The notes: generated by a model from the sequence alone, not told the origin. Positions 1 through 9,669 are shown, numbered from the stretch's first letter. The stretch: 64,000 nt of DNA from Sphingomonadaceae bacterium (GCA_016000085.1 JAECRT010000005.1:47493-111492), one strand, 5' to 3'. Program-made: numbers and translations.

Positions 1-271
1 CCGCTGCGTCATCCTCCAGCGCGTGAATGAAAATATCCGCGCCCGCCAGCAGGCCGAGCAAGGACTGGCGATCCGCGTCCACGTCCAACTCCACGCTGCG
101 CTTCGATCTATCCCAGCTCTTGCGGCTCAGCTCATGCGCGAAGCAGGCGCCACCCTTCGGTTCGACCTTGAGCACATCGGCGCCATGGTCGGCGAGCAAC
201 ATGCCCGCGATGGCGACGGGCATTTCGGTCGCCAGTTCGATGACGGTCAGATGGTCGAGGGGGCCGGGCAT
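1..271 (-). CDS. CoA-transferase family III (CaiB/BaiF), 5' part; gene runs off the window start
   Basis: Not in the ORF track. Manual translation from ATG 271 (AGGAG RBS upstream): MPGPLDHLTVIELATEMPVAIAGMLLADHGADVLKVEPKGG...WDRSKRSVELD, which has the family III motifs LAD.GADV.KVE and KRS..LD. Confidence 0.85.
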   Translation of the reverse strand, partial: MPGPLDHLTVIELATEMPVAIAGMLLADHGADVLKVEPKGGACFAHELSRKSWDRSKRSVELDVDADRQSLLGLLAGADIFIHALEDDAA

Positions 272-372
272 CGCTTACTCCTGTGGCGGTCTGCGCCGCG
301 CCTTTGGTGGTGGGAGCGGTCTGGCCGGGAGTCCCAAACCTGCCGATCCTTCCCGGTAAGGATGGCATGATC

Positions 373-410
373 TTTCACCCCTGTGCAAGTAATTTTGCAC
401 TATGGGTTCA
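373..410. promoter_or_regulatory. Two putative TetR operator copies (TTTCAC-ccct-GTGCAA; TTGCAC-tatg-GGTTCA)
   Basis: Match the TTGCAC-N4-GTGCAA palindrome found upstream of neighbouring genes. Confidence 0.55.
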
Positions 411-413
411 AAT

Positions 414-1055
414 TCATTTTTTGGATGGCGGGTGGTCGGGATCGTAGCGTGGGCGGTCCATCTGGAAACTGTCGCTGTTGCGGACATACCAACCGCTGCC
501 ATGGGTGCGCCCGATCAGCTTCATGGCGGGCGTGTCGAAATAGACCCGATCGCGATCGGTGATGAATTCATCACGGACATGTGCCATCAGGATTTCGCCG
601 ATCACCACGGTTTGCAAAGCGCCGATGTCGAGCGCCGCAACCTTGCGACATTCGAAGCTGACCGGGCTGGACGCGATCAACGGCGGCGCAACAAGGACCG
701 ATGGCACAGTTTCTATACCCGCATAATCGATTTCACTGACGTCGGCGGGCGCATCGACGCTGCACTGGTTCATCCGCTCTGCATCATCCTCGCATACCAG
801 ATTGACCACAAATTCGCCGGTCGCGATGATGTTGGCGGCAGTATTCTTGAGGCTGCGCGTCGCGGGATCCTTGAGCAGGCCCAGCGTCACGAGCGGCGGT
901 TCCGTTCCCACGCAGTTGAAGAAACTATAGGGCGCGGCGTTGACTACCCCCGCCTCGGAGCGGGTCGTCACCCAGGCGATCGGGCGCGGCGTGATGGTAG
1001 AATTGACGATCTTGTAGCGTGTCACCATCGGCAGTGCGCGCATGTCGAATTGCAT
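414..1055 (-). CDS. Flavin reductase-like protein (DIM6/NTAB family)
   Basis: Motifs PRPIAWVTT, NAAPYSFFN, KNTAANI..TGEFVVN, SPVSFEC. Confidence 0.9.
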   Translation of the reverse strand: MQFDMRALPMVTRYKIVNSTITPRPIAWVTTRSEAGVVNAAPYSFFNCVGTEPPLVTLGLLKDPATRSLKNTAANIIATGEFVVNLVCEDDAERMNQCSVDAPADVSEIDYAGIETVPSVLVAPPLIASSPVSFECRKVAALDIGALQTVVIGEILMAHVRDEFITDRDRVYFDTPAMKLIGRTHGSGWYVRNSDSFQMDRPRYDPDHPPSKK

Positions 1056-1059
1056 CGAC

Positions 1060-1875
1060 TTATCCTTTCGCTTTGGCGGCTGCCCGCGCGGCGGCCATAG
1101 CCCTGAATTTCTCGCGCGCGCGCGGCACTTCCTCGCCCGCCTGGCATGTGTGGCAATAGACCAGTTCGAGCGCGTGGATGGTCGCCAAATCGCCGTTTTC
1201 AGCCTGTATCAACAGGCGCTTCGTCAACTCCACAGCATGGGCGTTGCCGCCACCCATGGTAGCTTCCAGCGCCAACGCTTCCTCGACCGCCGTGCCCGGC
1301 GTAACCACTCGGCTCACCAACCCCAGCGCCAGCGCTTCGTCCGCGCCCAGCGTGCGCCCGGAAAAGATGATTTCGGCCGCGCGCGCACGGCCAAGCTGGC
1401 GGGCCAGAAACCAGGCCGCGCCACCATCGGGCACCAACCCAAATTCCAGAAAAGGCGCGCCGAATTTGGCGTCCTGCGCGGCAAAGATCATGTCGCAGGC
1501 CATGGCAAGGCTCCAAGACACGCCGAACGCACCGCCCTCAACCGCTGCTACCGTCGGAATCGGCAGCGCACGGATGCGATTGATGATCCGCTGCCCCATC
1601 TCCAGCCTTGCGGCGAGCGCCAAAGCCCCTTCACCGCGCGCAGGTGGAAGCTTTACATCGCCGCCATTGCTGAAATATCCCTCCGCCCCGCACAGCACCA
1701 ACATGCGTGCCGGTGTGGCATTTTCCAGATGGTCGAGCGCGGCGGAAAATTGCTCCCACATCGTGAACGAAACCGTATTCTTGGCGCGTGGACGGTTCAG
1801 GGTGATGACGGCCACACCGTCATCCCGCACATCCAGCAACAATTCCGGCGCGGCTCCGGCCTGGTCCATGCTCAC
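1060..1875 (-). CDS. Enoyl-CoA hydratase/isomerase (crotonase) family protein
   Basis: ITLNRP, FSNGGDV, AAVEGGAFG, GLVPDGG crotonase motifs. Confidence 0.9.
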   Translation of the reverse strand: MSMDQAGAAPELLLDVRDDGVAVITLNRPRAKNTVSFTMWEQFSAALDHLENATPARMLVLCGAEGYFSNGGDVKLPPARGEGALALAARLEMGQRIINRIRALPIPTVAAVEGGAFGVSWSLAMACDMIFAAQDAKFGAPFLEFGLVPDGGAAWFLARQLGRARAAEIIFSGRTLGADEALALGLVSRVVTPGTAVEEALALEATMGGGNAHAVELTKRLLIQAENGDLATIHALELVYCHTCQAGEEVPRAREKFRAMAAARAAAKAKG

Positions 1876-1932
1876 TCTCCCCGTCTTGCCATTGCGCCGG
1901 AGACTAGCTCAGCGCCAACCGACAAGGCAAGT

Positions 1933-1956
1933 AAATTTGCACATATATGCAAATTT
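1933..1956. promoter_or_regulatory. Putative TetR operator AAATTTGCAC-atat-ATGCAAATTT
   Basis: Near-perfect 24-bp palindrome upstream of the crotonase gene. Confidence 0.65.
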
Positions 1957-2689
1957 ATAAATCGGTGGCACCCTTGGTTCGCTTGCGGACGGGCAAGGCG
2001 TCCATACCGCGTTCGGCGATGTCCATGATCAATGCCTCCACTTCCTTGCGAGCGGCACCCTTCAGCGTGCCCAGGACACAGGACAAATAGCTGCCGACCA
2101 GCCGCACGATGATATCGCCGTCGGGGATGCGTCCCTGCGCCCAATCGTTGATTGTGGCATATTCAAAACGAACGAGATCCTCGACCAGGGCATCGACATC
2201 GATCCACGGCTGCAACTGCTTTTTCTTTTCCAGCGTCGCGATCCAGGTACGATTATGCTCGACGGCGGGCGAATGCATGGCGGTCCAGATGTCATGATCG
2301 ACATCCGAACTGAAATAGAGCGCCATGATCGCCTTGATATAGTTTCGGATCTTCCGGTTGCGCTGAACAACCGTAATCATCCGCTCCAGATTATAGCGCA
2401 GTGTTCCCGGTTCGCTGGCATAGTCGATCTGGCTGACATATTCGTCAAAATATTCCTGAATGGCCGATGCGATCATCCGCTCGCGCGTCTGGAAGGCGTT
2501 GTAGAGCGTGCGCTTGGCGACACCTGCGCGCTGGCCGATATCGTTCATGCTGAGCGCCGCGATGCCTTGCTCGGCAATGACCTTGCGCGTCTCTTCAAGG
2601 ATGCGGCGACGGCGTTCGATAATGGCCGGACTGGAATAGGTTTGCGGCCTCTCCGCCGATTCCTTAATGTCGATAGTGTCTTTGTTCAC
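1955..2689 (-). CDS. TetR/AcrR family transcriptional regulator
   Basis: HTH: RRRILEETRKVIAEQGIAALSMNDIGQRAGVAKRTLYNAF. Start set at GTG 2689 because of a GGAGG RBS; the ORF track start at 2758 lies inside an operator copy. Confidence 0.85.
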   Translation of the reverse strand: MNKDTIDIKESAERPQTYSSPAIIERRRRILEETRKVIAEQGIAALSMNDIGQRAGVAKRTLYNAFQTRERMIASAIQEYFDEYVSQIDYASEPGTLRYNLERMITVVQRNRKIRNYIKAIMALYFSSDVDHDIWTAMHSPAVEHNRTWIATLEKKKQLQPWIDVDALVEDLVRFEYATINDWAQGRIPDGDIIVRLVGSYLSCVLGTLKGAARKEVEALIMDIAERGMDALPVRKRTKGATDL

Positions 2690-2752
2690 CAAAATCCGTC
2701 GCCTCCCCGCGATGCGCCGATCGGTCGGCGTAGACCTGCCATCATAGCGGTT

Positions 2753-2768
2753 CTGCATGATCGTGCAA
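2753..2768. promoter_or_regulatory. Putative TetR autoregulatory operator CTGCAT-gatc-GTGCAA
   Basis: Same motif, upstream of the tetR gene. Confidence 0.5.
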
Positions 2769-2808
2769 ATTTGCTGTGCATGCGATCGATCGCCGAAGCA
2801 AAGACAAG

Positions 2809-2843
2809 AAGCCCCGCGCCATCATACCGATGGCGCGGGGCTT
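2809..2843 (-). terminator. Intrinsic terminator downstream of the PQQ dehydrogenase
   Basis: 15-bp stem AAGCCCCGCGCCATC/GATGGCGCGGGGCTT followed by a U-rich tail on the minus strand. Confidence 0.75.
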
Positions 2844-2882
2844 AGGCATGCGCGCGGGGAGAAGGGCGGGCATGCCTGATCG

Positions 2883-4937
2883 TCAATTCGCCTTCTTGGG
2901 CGCGGTATCCCGCGCGCGCTGGCGGATATAGTGGCGAAGACCTTCGAGATCGGCGTCGCTCAATTGGGCAAACGACCCCATGCCGCGTGCCATCAACGCG
3001 CCATCATGCACGACCGCCTTGAACGTGTCGGCGTCGAGCGGCACGCCCGACTTGCGCAGATCAGGCGCGGCTCCGCCCGCCATCATGCCGGAACCATGAC
3101 AGATGATGCAGCTGCTGTTATAAATGCCCGCACCGATTTTTGCCTTGTCCGTGTCCACAATGAAGGCGGGATCGTCCTGGATCGGCTGGTCAACCATTTC
3201 AAAGGGTGGCAGCGCCTTATTACCGCCAACGGCGAAGGTCAGCACCCGCCGCCGCTGTTGCGTGTAATCCCAATTGGGCGAATTGGCGAAGCTGCTGCGG
3301 AAACCGGTAATGATCGACACATATTGTTTTCCGCCCACCGAATAGCTGATCGGCGCACCCAACATGCCGTTCTGGGCGTCGAACGCCCATAATTTGCGTC
3401 CATTGGCCGCCGAATAGGCATTGAAGCTGCCGTCATTGGTGCCCTGGAAAACAAGGTTGCCCCCGGTCGCCATCGTGCCGCCGTTGAATACGCCGGGTTG
3501 CGGCACCGACCAGGCGATCTTGTTACCCGCCACGTCCCAGGCGACCAGCTTGCTGGTCGCGACGGGCGCTACGAGATTGGCGGGCGGCGCACCAAGACCG
3601 GTATTGACCATCATGCCAGGCTTATAGGTCCAATCCTTCACATTGGCCGGATCGACGAATACCCGGCCACCTTCCATCACAGGAATATAGCTCAGCCCGG
3701 TTTTAGGGCTGAACGACATGGCCTGAACCCCGTGCGCGCCGTTGGGGAAGGGGTACATCAGGAATGGCTTACCATCGGGATATTGCGCTTCGGGATTGAT
3801 TTCGGGCCGCCCGGTCACCGGGTCGATCCGCTTCGCCCAGTTTTGCCGCGCAAATTCACCAGCGGAGATGAACTTGCCCGTTTCACGATCAAGGGCGTAG
3901 AAAAATCCGTTCTTGGGCGCATGGATCAGGACGGAGCGCTTTTTCCCCGCAATCTCGATGTCGTCAATCAACTCGATGTCCATCGCATCGTTGAAGTCGT
4001 GGCTATTTTCCGGGTTCACCTGATAATGCCACACATAGTCGCCGGTCTTGGCGTCCAGCGCGACGATCGACGACAGATAGAGATTGTCGCCGCCGCCAGG
4101 CGAGCGAATCTTCTGATTCCATGGCCAGCCATTGCCCGTGCCGATGTATATGCGATCATATTTCGCGTCATAGGCCATGGCGTGATAGACAGTGCCACCG
4201 CCGCCAAATTTCCACCATTCCCCGGTCCAGGTCTTGGCTGCGGCTTCCATCGCCTTATTTTCGAAACCCTTGGCCGGATCGCCCGGCACGACGAACCAGC
4301 GCCAGGCCTTCTTGCCCGTCTTGATGTCATAGCCAGTCACATAGCCGCGCGTCGGGCTGTAGTCCGCACCGCCAAAGCCGATGACCACCTTATCCCCCGC
4401 GACCCAAGGGGGGCCGGTGATATAGCCATGCTCCGCCTCGTCCAGCGTCTGGACCGACCAGCGCGGTTTGCCGGTCTTGGCGTCGACTGCGATCAGCCGC
4501 CCTTCGCGCGTCGCGGTAAAGACCATGCCGTCCTTGTAAGCGATGCCACGCGTACCCCAGCCTGCGCGCATGCGCGTCTTGGCTTCGGGCTGACTGGCGA
4601 CGTCAGGGTCATATTGCCACAATAGTCTGCCGGTCCGTGCATCGAGAGCGTGGATGACGCTCAGCCCCACCGCGAAATAGAAAACGCCATCGACTTCCAG
4701 CGGCTGAGTATAGCTGTCAAACGTGTCGATATCATAAGACCAGGCGAGGCCCAGCTTGCCGACATTGGCTTCGGTGATCTGGGTCAGGGGGCTATAATGC
4801 TGCTCCTTGTCACTACCGCCATAGCTGGACCAGTTTGCCCCGCCCTGAGCGATATCCGAACTGGTCCGCGCGACCAGCCCACCGGTCATCGCTACCATAG
4901 CCAGGCCAGCGATCGCGGTTGAAAAACGCAGCTTCAT
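2883..4937 (-). CDS. Periplasmic quinohemoprotein (PQQ + heme c) alcohol dehydrogenase family
   Basis: Signal peptide, HYSPLTQI, Trp-docking repeats (A.DA.TG...W), APKNGFFYALDRETG, C-terminal CIICH heme c motif and APDLR. Confidence 0.9.
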   Translation of the reverse strand: MKLRFSTAIAGLAMVAMTGGLVARTSSDIAQGGANWSSYGGSDKEQHYSPLTQITEANVGKLGLAWSYDIDTFDSYTQPLEVDGVFYFAVGLSVIHALDARTGRLLWQYDPDVASQPEAKTRMRAGWGTRGIAYKDGMVFTATREGRLIAVDAKTGKPRWSVQTLDEAEHGYITGPPWVAGDKVVIGFGGADYSPTRGYVTGYDIKTGKKAWRWFVVPGDPAKGFENKAMEAAAKTWTGEWWKFGGGGTVYHAMAYDAKYDRIYIGTGNGWPWNQKIRSPGGGDNLYLSSIVALDAKTGDYVWHYQVNPENSHDFNDAMDIELIDDIEIAGKKRSVLIHAPKNGFFYALDRETGKFISAGEFARQNWAKRIDPVTGRPEINPEAQYPDGKPFLMYPFPNGAHGVQAMSFSPKTGLSYIPVMEGGRVFVDPANVKDWTYKPGMMVNTGLGAPPANLVAPVATSKLVAWDVAGNKIAWSVPQPGVFNGGTMATGGNLVFQGTNDGSFNAYSAANGRKLWAFDAQNGMLGAPISYSVGGKQYVSIITGFRSSFANSPNWDYTQQRRRVLTFAVGGNKALPPFEMVDQPIQDDPAFIVDTDKAKIGAGIYNSSCIICHGSGMMAGGAAPDLRKSGVPLDADTFKAVVHDGALMARGMGSFAQLSDADLEGLRHYIRQRARDTAPKKAN

Positions 4938-4974
4938 GCCAATTCTCTCCTACCCAACGCGACCTCGCGCCTTT

Positions 4975-5067
4975 TATTGCACTTTGGTGCAATATTGATG
5001 CAGTGTCAACGGAGAAGGCCGTTGACTCACTTATCTGGTCATCGCATTATATTGCACCATAGGTCAT
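4975..5067. promoter_or_regulatory. Divergent sigma70 promoters with operators
   Basis: Minus strand: TTGACA (5009-5004)-17 nt-CAAAGT, overlapped by the perfect palindrome TATTGCAC-tttg-GTGCAATA (4975-4994). Plus strand: TTGACT (5022)-17 nt-CATTAT (5045), followed by TTGCAC-cata-GGTCAT (5052-5067). Confidence 0.65.
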
Positions 5068-5086
5068 AATTAGGTGAGGAAATCGA

Positions 5087-5857
5087 GTGAGCGTTACACT
5101 GGAACGCGACGGCGCGACAGCGATCGTGACGCTCGACCGACCGGGCCGGCACAACGCCTTCACCATGGCAATGCGTGGCGAGATTGCCTCTATATTCTCA
5201 GATCTTGCCGAGGATCAGACGACAAGGGCCGTGGTCTTGACCGGTGCCGGCGGGCATTTCTGTTCCGGCGCCGACACAGGTGAAATGGGGCGTAGCGACA
5301 CCGCCGCCTTCCTCCATCGAATGCGCATGCTGCATCTGATGATCCGCGCCATTGCGGATTTCCCCAAACCCGTCATCGCTGCCGTCGAAGGCACATGTGT
5401 TGGCGCGGGATGGAGCCTGGCGCTGGCCTGCGACTTGATCGTCGCGGCGCCCGACGCGCGCTTTTGCCAGATTTTCGGGCGGATCGGCTTTGCGCCGGAT
5501 GCTGGCGCAATCTGGCACCTTGCCCGTCTGGTCGGACCCATGCGCGCCAAGGAAATCGTCTATTCCAGCCGCATGATCGACGCGGCCGAGGCGCTGACAT
5601 TGGGGCTGGTGCTGGATGTCGTGACCGACGGGCCGGTGCGGGACCATGCGGTCATGCTGGCACAGGACATGGCGCAAGGCGCGCCGCTCGCGCACGCCAT
5701 GGCCAAACACCTGTTTGAGGCAGCCTCTGCACAGTCGCTAAAGCAATATCTGTCGCAGGAATATTGCGTGCAGCCGATGCTGGCCACCACCGCCGACCAT
5801 CGCGAAGGCGTGGAGGCGGCGCGCGCCAGACGTACGCCGCATTTCACCGGTCGCTGA
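5087..5857 (+). CDS. Enoyl-CoA hydratase/isomerase (crotonase) family protein
   Basis: VTLDRP..HNA, FCSGAD, KPVIAAVEG.CVGAG, GFAPDAG. Confidence 0.9.
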   Translation: MSVTLERDGATAIVTLDRPGRHNAFTMAMRGEIASIFSDLAEDQTTRAVVLTGAGGHFCSGADTGEMGRSDTAAFLHRMRMLHLMIRAIADFPKPVIAAVEGTCVGAGWSLALACDLIVAAPDARFCQIFGRIGFAPDAGAIWHLARLVGPMRAKEIVYSSRMIDAAEALTLGLVLDVVTDGPVRDHAVMLAQDMAQGAPLAHAMAKHLFEAASAQSLKQYLSQEYCVQPMLATTADHREGVEAARARRTPHFTGR

Positions 5858-5863
5858 ACGGCG

Positions 5864-6394
5864 TCACGCAGGCTTAAGCAGCAACGGCAGACCGGCGACC
5901 ATCAGCACGGCGCGGTCCACTGCGCCTGCCACCACCTGATTAATCTCTCCCGCCACATCGCGGAAGCGCCGGGCGAGCGCATTGTCGGGCACAATGCCTT
6001 GCCCCACTTCATTGGATACGAAGATCAGCCGTCCCGGCGCAGCGGCGATTGTGGCCGACAGTGTGGCCAACGCGTGACCGATGTCCCGTTCTGCGAACAT
6101 GAGGTTGGACGCCCACAATGTCAGGCAATCGACCAGCACGACCCGATCGGTCCGACTTTCCGCCTGGATCGCATCGGCCAGATCGAGCGGCGCGTCGACC
6201 GTATGCCAGCGGGGTCCGCGATCGGCGCGGTGCCGCGCGATACGATCCGCCATTTCTGCGTCCAGCGCTTGGGCGGTCGCGATATAGACAAGGGCGCCGG
6301 GCAAAGCTTCGGCTTGCGCCTGCGCATAGCGGCTCTTGCCGGAACGCGCGCCGCCCAGAACCAGCAGCGATTTTTCGGGAAAACTCATATCCAT
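5864..6394 (-). CDS. cobU: Bifunctional adenosylcobinamide kinase / adenosylcobinamide-phosphate guanylyltransferase (CobU; CobP in aerobic nomenclature)
   Basis: GGARSGKS P-loop, YIATA, RIARHR, LVDCLTLW, VSNEVG.GIVP. Confidence 0.95.
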   Translation of the reverse strand: MDMSFPEKSLLVLGGARSGKSRYAQAQAEALPGALVYIATAQALDAEMADRIARHRADRGPRWHTVDAPLDLADAIQAESRTDRVVLVDCLTLWASNLMFAERDIGHALATLSATIAAAPGRLIFVSNEVGQGIVPDNALARRFRDVAGEINQVVAGAVDRAVLMVAGLPLLLKPA

Positions 6395-6462
6395 CGTCCG
6401 ATTCCGGCAGCTTGCGGTTGCGCTGTAGCAAGTTATTCGCGAACGGCATCATCGGATCGATA

Positions 6463-7470
6463 ATGATGGAAGATGCTTTCTTGCCCGACTGGACTCATCA
6501 TGGCGGACGGTTGTCGAGTGCGATGCGCGCCTTTCCCGATGCGCCCCAGCCGTGGCTGGACTTGTCGACAGGTATCAATCCCGATCCGTGGAACGGCATA
6601 GCAGGGCTGGAGATCGATTGGCGCCGCTTACCCGACGAAGCCGATCTTGACCGGCTGGAGCGGGTCGCCGCTGCGCATTTCGGAGTCGACAGCGCGCGGG
6701 TTCTGGCGCTGCCTGGAACGGAGATGGGCCTGCGCAGCCTGGCCACGCTTGGCTTGCCAACACCCTATCGGCATGTCGCGCCGGGCTACCGCACCCATGG
6801 AGAAGCGCTGCCGGGCAGCCGGGCCATAGCCTTCGACACGCTGCACCGGACGGATGCGGACGGTGGCGCACTGTTGCTCGCCAACCCCGCCAACCCTGAT
6901 GGCCGGTTAACCGACATGGTCGAGATGATGGCGCTGGTCGGACGCTGGACAGGCAATGGCGGCTGGATGCTGGTCGATGAGGCATTTATTGACGCGCATG
7001 ATACCGGCAGCATCCTGCCCCGGATCGCAGCCGATGCGCGCATCATTGTGCTGCGATCCTTCGGCAAGTTTTTCGGGCTGGCAGGGGTACGGCTGGGCTT
7101 TGCGGTCGGGCCGGTCGACATGATCGCAACATGGCGCACGGCGATGGGAAGCTGGCCCCTGTCCGCCGCAGCCATCGCCATTGGCAGCGCTGCTTATGCC
7201 GACACAGCGTGGATCGCGGCGACCCGGATACAGCTGGCCGAACGCGCCGCCGCGTTGGACGCTGTGCTGGCCCGGCACGGACTGACACCGATCGGCCAAT
7301 CGCCGCTGTTCCGACTGATCGATTGCGACGCCGCCGCTCTGTTCGACCGGCTGGCGCAGCGCGGCGTCCTGACGCGCCCGTTCGACTATGCGCCGCGCTG
7401 GTTGCGGCTCGGCGTTCCGAGCGATGGCGATGCGCTCGACCGGCTGGACCGAGCGCTAGGCGGTGGCTGA
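6463..7470 (+). CDS. cobD: Threonine-phosphate decarboxylase (CobD; CobC in P. denitrificans nomenclature)
   Basis: HGG, WLDLSTGINP, NPANPDG, VDEAFID, LRSFGKFFGLAGVRLG (PLP lysine). Start trimmed from 6118 to ATG 6463. Confidence 0.9.
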   Translation: MMEDAFLPDWTHHGGRLSSAMRAFPDAPQPWLDLSTGINPDPWNGIAGLEIDWRRLPDEADLDRLERVAAAHFGVDSARVLALPGTEMGLRSLATLGLPTPYRHVAPGYRTHGEALPGSRAIAFDTLHRTDADGGALLLANPANPDGRLTDMVEMMALVGRWTGNGGWMLVDEAFIDAHDTGSILPRIAADARIIVLRSFGKFFGLAGVRLGFAVGPVDMIATWRTAMGSWPLSAAAIAIGSAAYADTAWIAATRIQLAERAAALDAVLARHGLTPIGQSPLFRLIDCDAAALFDRLAQRGVLTRPFDYAPRWLRLGVPSDGDALDRLDRALGGG

Positions 7471-8398
7471 CCCGGTCGCACTGGTGGCGTTGATGCTGGA
7501 TGCGGCGATCGGTTGGCCAACCGCTCTCTATCGCCGGATCGGCCATCCGGTTGGCCTGTTCGCCCGGATGATCGACTGGAGCGAACGATGGGGCAATCGG
7601 CCCGAATGGCGCTTCTGTCAGCGTCGTGCGGCGGGGATCGTCGCACTAACGGCGATGTTGACGCTGATCGGGGGCGGGTGCTGGCTGGTGCAGGCCGGGC
7701 TGGCGTTGGCGCTGGGTCAGGCGGCTTGGATTGGTATCGCGCTGCTGGCCTTTCCGGCGCTGGCGCAGCGCAGCTTGTACGATCATATCCGGCCCGTTGC
7801 CGAAGCGCTTGATCGCGGCGACCTGCATGAGGCCCGTCGCGCCGTGGGGATGGTGGTCGGGCGTGATACCGCCGCGCTCGACGCCAGCGGCGTCAGTTGC
7901 GCGGCGATCGAGAGCCTCGCTGAAAGTTTTTGCGACGGGGTGGTAGCGCCGCTGTTCTGGCTGCTGACGCTGGGCTTGCCGGGGGTGTGGAGTTACAAGG
8001 CGATCAATACGGCCGATAGCATGATCGGCCATCGCGAGGAACGGTGGCGCGCCTTTGGCTGGGCGGCGGCTCGGGTGGATGATCTTGCCAATCTGATCCC
8101 GGCGCGGCTGGGCGGCGTCCTGCTGTGCATCGCGGGCGGCGGCGGCTGGCGCGCGATGCTGCGCGATAGCGGGAAACATGCCTCTCCCAATGCGGGGTGG
8201 ACCGAAGCGGCGATGGCCGGGGCGCTGGGACTGCGGCTGGCCGGGCCGATAAGCTATGACGCGGTGTTGCACGACAAGCCGTGGATCGGCGATGGGCGGG
8301 CGGACGCAGGGCCGGACGATATTCGCCGGGCATTGGCGGTGTATCGCCGGGCGTGCCTGATGCTGTGGGGGATCGCGGCGGTGACGTCGCTGGCCTGA
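7463..8398 (+). CDS. cbiB: Adenosylcobinamide-phosphate synthase CbiB (CobD)
   Basis: IGHPV, VGRDT, IESLAESFCDGVVAPLFW, YKAINTADSMIGH, HASPNAGW.EAAMA. Confidence 0.95.
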   Translation: MADPVALVALMLDAAIGWPTALYRRIGHPVGLFARMIDWSERWGNRPEWRFCQRRAAGIVALTAMLTLIGGGCWLVQAGLALALGQAAWIGIALLAFPALAQRSLYDHIRPVAEALDRGDLHEARRAVGMVVGRDTAALDASGVSCAAIESLAESFCDGVVAPLFWLLTLGLPGVWSYKAINTADSMIGHREERWRAFGWAAARVDDLANLIPARLGGVLLCIAGGGGWRAMLRDSGKHASPNAGWTEAAMAGALGLRLAGPISYDAVLHDKPWIGDGRADAGPDDIRRALAVYRRACLMLWGIAAVTSLA

Positions 8399-9103
8399 TC
8401 AGAAAAGCAGGCTGACGAGCAGGCCCGTTTCGACCAGTTCGATGCCCGCGCCATGACAGTCGCCCGACACGCCGCCAACGCGCCGTTTAAGCCAGACAGC
8501 CCAGAGCATGATTAACAGCGGCGCTGCAGCCAGGCGGGGCATGAACCAGATGCCAACGGCCAGCGGCACGAGCCAGATCAGGATATGCCGCAGCCTTATG
8601 GCGTGAACGAAATGGGCCGATAGACCAGTGTGTAATTGTGGCAGCCAACGGGTCCAGACGAGGGGGCCGATACGAGCGGCGAAGGGAATGGCCAACAGGG
8701 GCAGGACGTGGCGCTGTTCCAACAGCGCGTGAAGCAGCACCAGCTTGGCCAGTATTTGCAGAACGATCGTTACGACACCAAAACTACCGATATGGGGGTC
8801 GGCCAGCACCGCGCGGAAGCGGGTGGGGTCTTTGTGGCCAGCACCGATCGCATCGGCCAGATCGGACAGGCCATCGAGATGCAGCGCCCCGGTGATCGCG
8901 ACCCAGACCGTCAGCACCAGCAGCGCGGCGACCCACTGGTCTTGCCCGCCCGCCAGCGTAGCTGCGCCCGCGAGCAGCGCACCGATCAGCAGGCCCACGG
9001 CGGGAAACCAGCGCATTGACCGGGCGAATGCGTCGGGCTCGACCTGCATCGCGGGCAGCGGGAGGCGCGTCAGAAACTGTATGGCGACGAAAAAGCCTTT
9101 CAT
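8399..9103 (-). CDS. cobS: Adenosylcobinamide-GDP ribazoletransferase (cobalamin synthase CobS/CobV)
   Basis: FLTRLP, TGALHLDGLSDLAD, D..IGSFG, GGVSGDCHGA. Start ATG 9103 overlaps the upstream stop. Confidence 0.92.
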   Translation of the reverse strand: MKGFFVAIQFLTRLPLPAMQVEPDAFARSMRWFPAVGLLIGALLAGAATLAGGQDQWVAALLVLTVWVAITGALHLDGLSDLADAIGAGHKDPTRFRAVLADPHIGSFGVVTIVLQILAKLVLLHALLEQRHVLPLLAIPFAARIGPLVWTRWLPQLHTGLSAHFVHAIRLRHILIWLVPLAVGIWFMPRLAAAPLLIMLWAVWLKRRVGGVSGDCHGAGIELVETGLLVSLLF

Positions 9104-9669
9104 GTGCGCAGCCCGATGATCTGCGCCGATGGCGTGTCGCCGGGCCAGACCCGCAGCGTGAGCAAGGCGGCATAGGGAAGGTCGAAGGCCCAGAGCCGGG
9201 AATGATCGAAGCCACAGAGCAGGGCGAGCGCGGCGCGCATGGCCCCGGCATGGGTGACGACCAGCGTGGTTTGCGGCGACAGCCCGGCGATGGCGGCGGA
9301 GACGCGCGTCTGCATCGCGGACCAGCGTTCGCCGCCCGGCGGCGGCGACGAATCCGGATCGTCCCAGAAGCGACCCAGCGCATGGCTGTCGACCTGCGCC
9401 GTCAACAGCCCATCCCATGCCCCGAAATCCAGTTCGCGCCAGCGTGCATCGACCATGAGGGGGATGGCATTCATTCGCGAAAGCGCCTCACCCGCCGCGC
9501 GGGCGCGCGTCAGGTCGGACGCCACCAGCCGGTTGACGGCCAGGCCGCCCGCCCGGTCGACACAGGCAGCCACGCCCGATGGCAGCGGGGCCGCATCGCT
9601 ACGGCCGATCAACCGCCCTGCCCCTTCCGGTTCGCCATGGCGCAGCAGGTGCAGCACGAAGTCCGTCAT
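9100..9669 (-). CDS. Histidine phosphatase family protein (probable alpha-ribazole/adenosylcobalamin phosphatase)
   Basis: LRHG, RELDFGAWDG, PPGGE, VTHAG; lies between cobT and cobS. Confidence 0.85.
   Translation of the reverse strand: MTDFVLHLLRHGEPEGAGRLIGRSDAAPLPSGVAACVDRAGGLAVNRLVASDLTRARAAGEALSRMNAIPLMVDARWRELDFGAWDGLLTAQVDSHALGRFWDDPDSSPPPGGERWSAMQTRVSAAIAGLSPQTTLVVTHAGAMRAALALLCGFDHSRLWAFDLPYAALLTLRVWPGDTPSAQIIGLRT

Noticed and set aside
2883-4937. Lanthanide-dependent (XoxF/ExaF/PedH-type) dehydrogenase
   Set aside because: The diagnostic D-x-D is not present (HDFND has Asn at +2). The WDYD in the 48765 protein resembles the normal motif of membrane glucose dehydrogenases and is not diagnostic.
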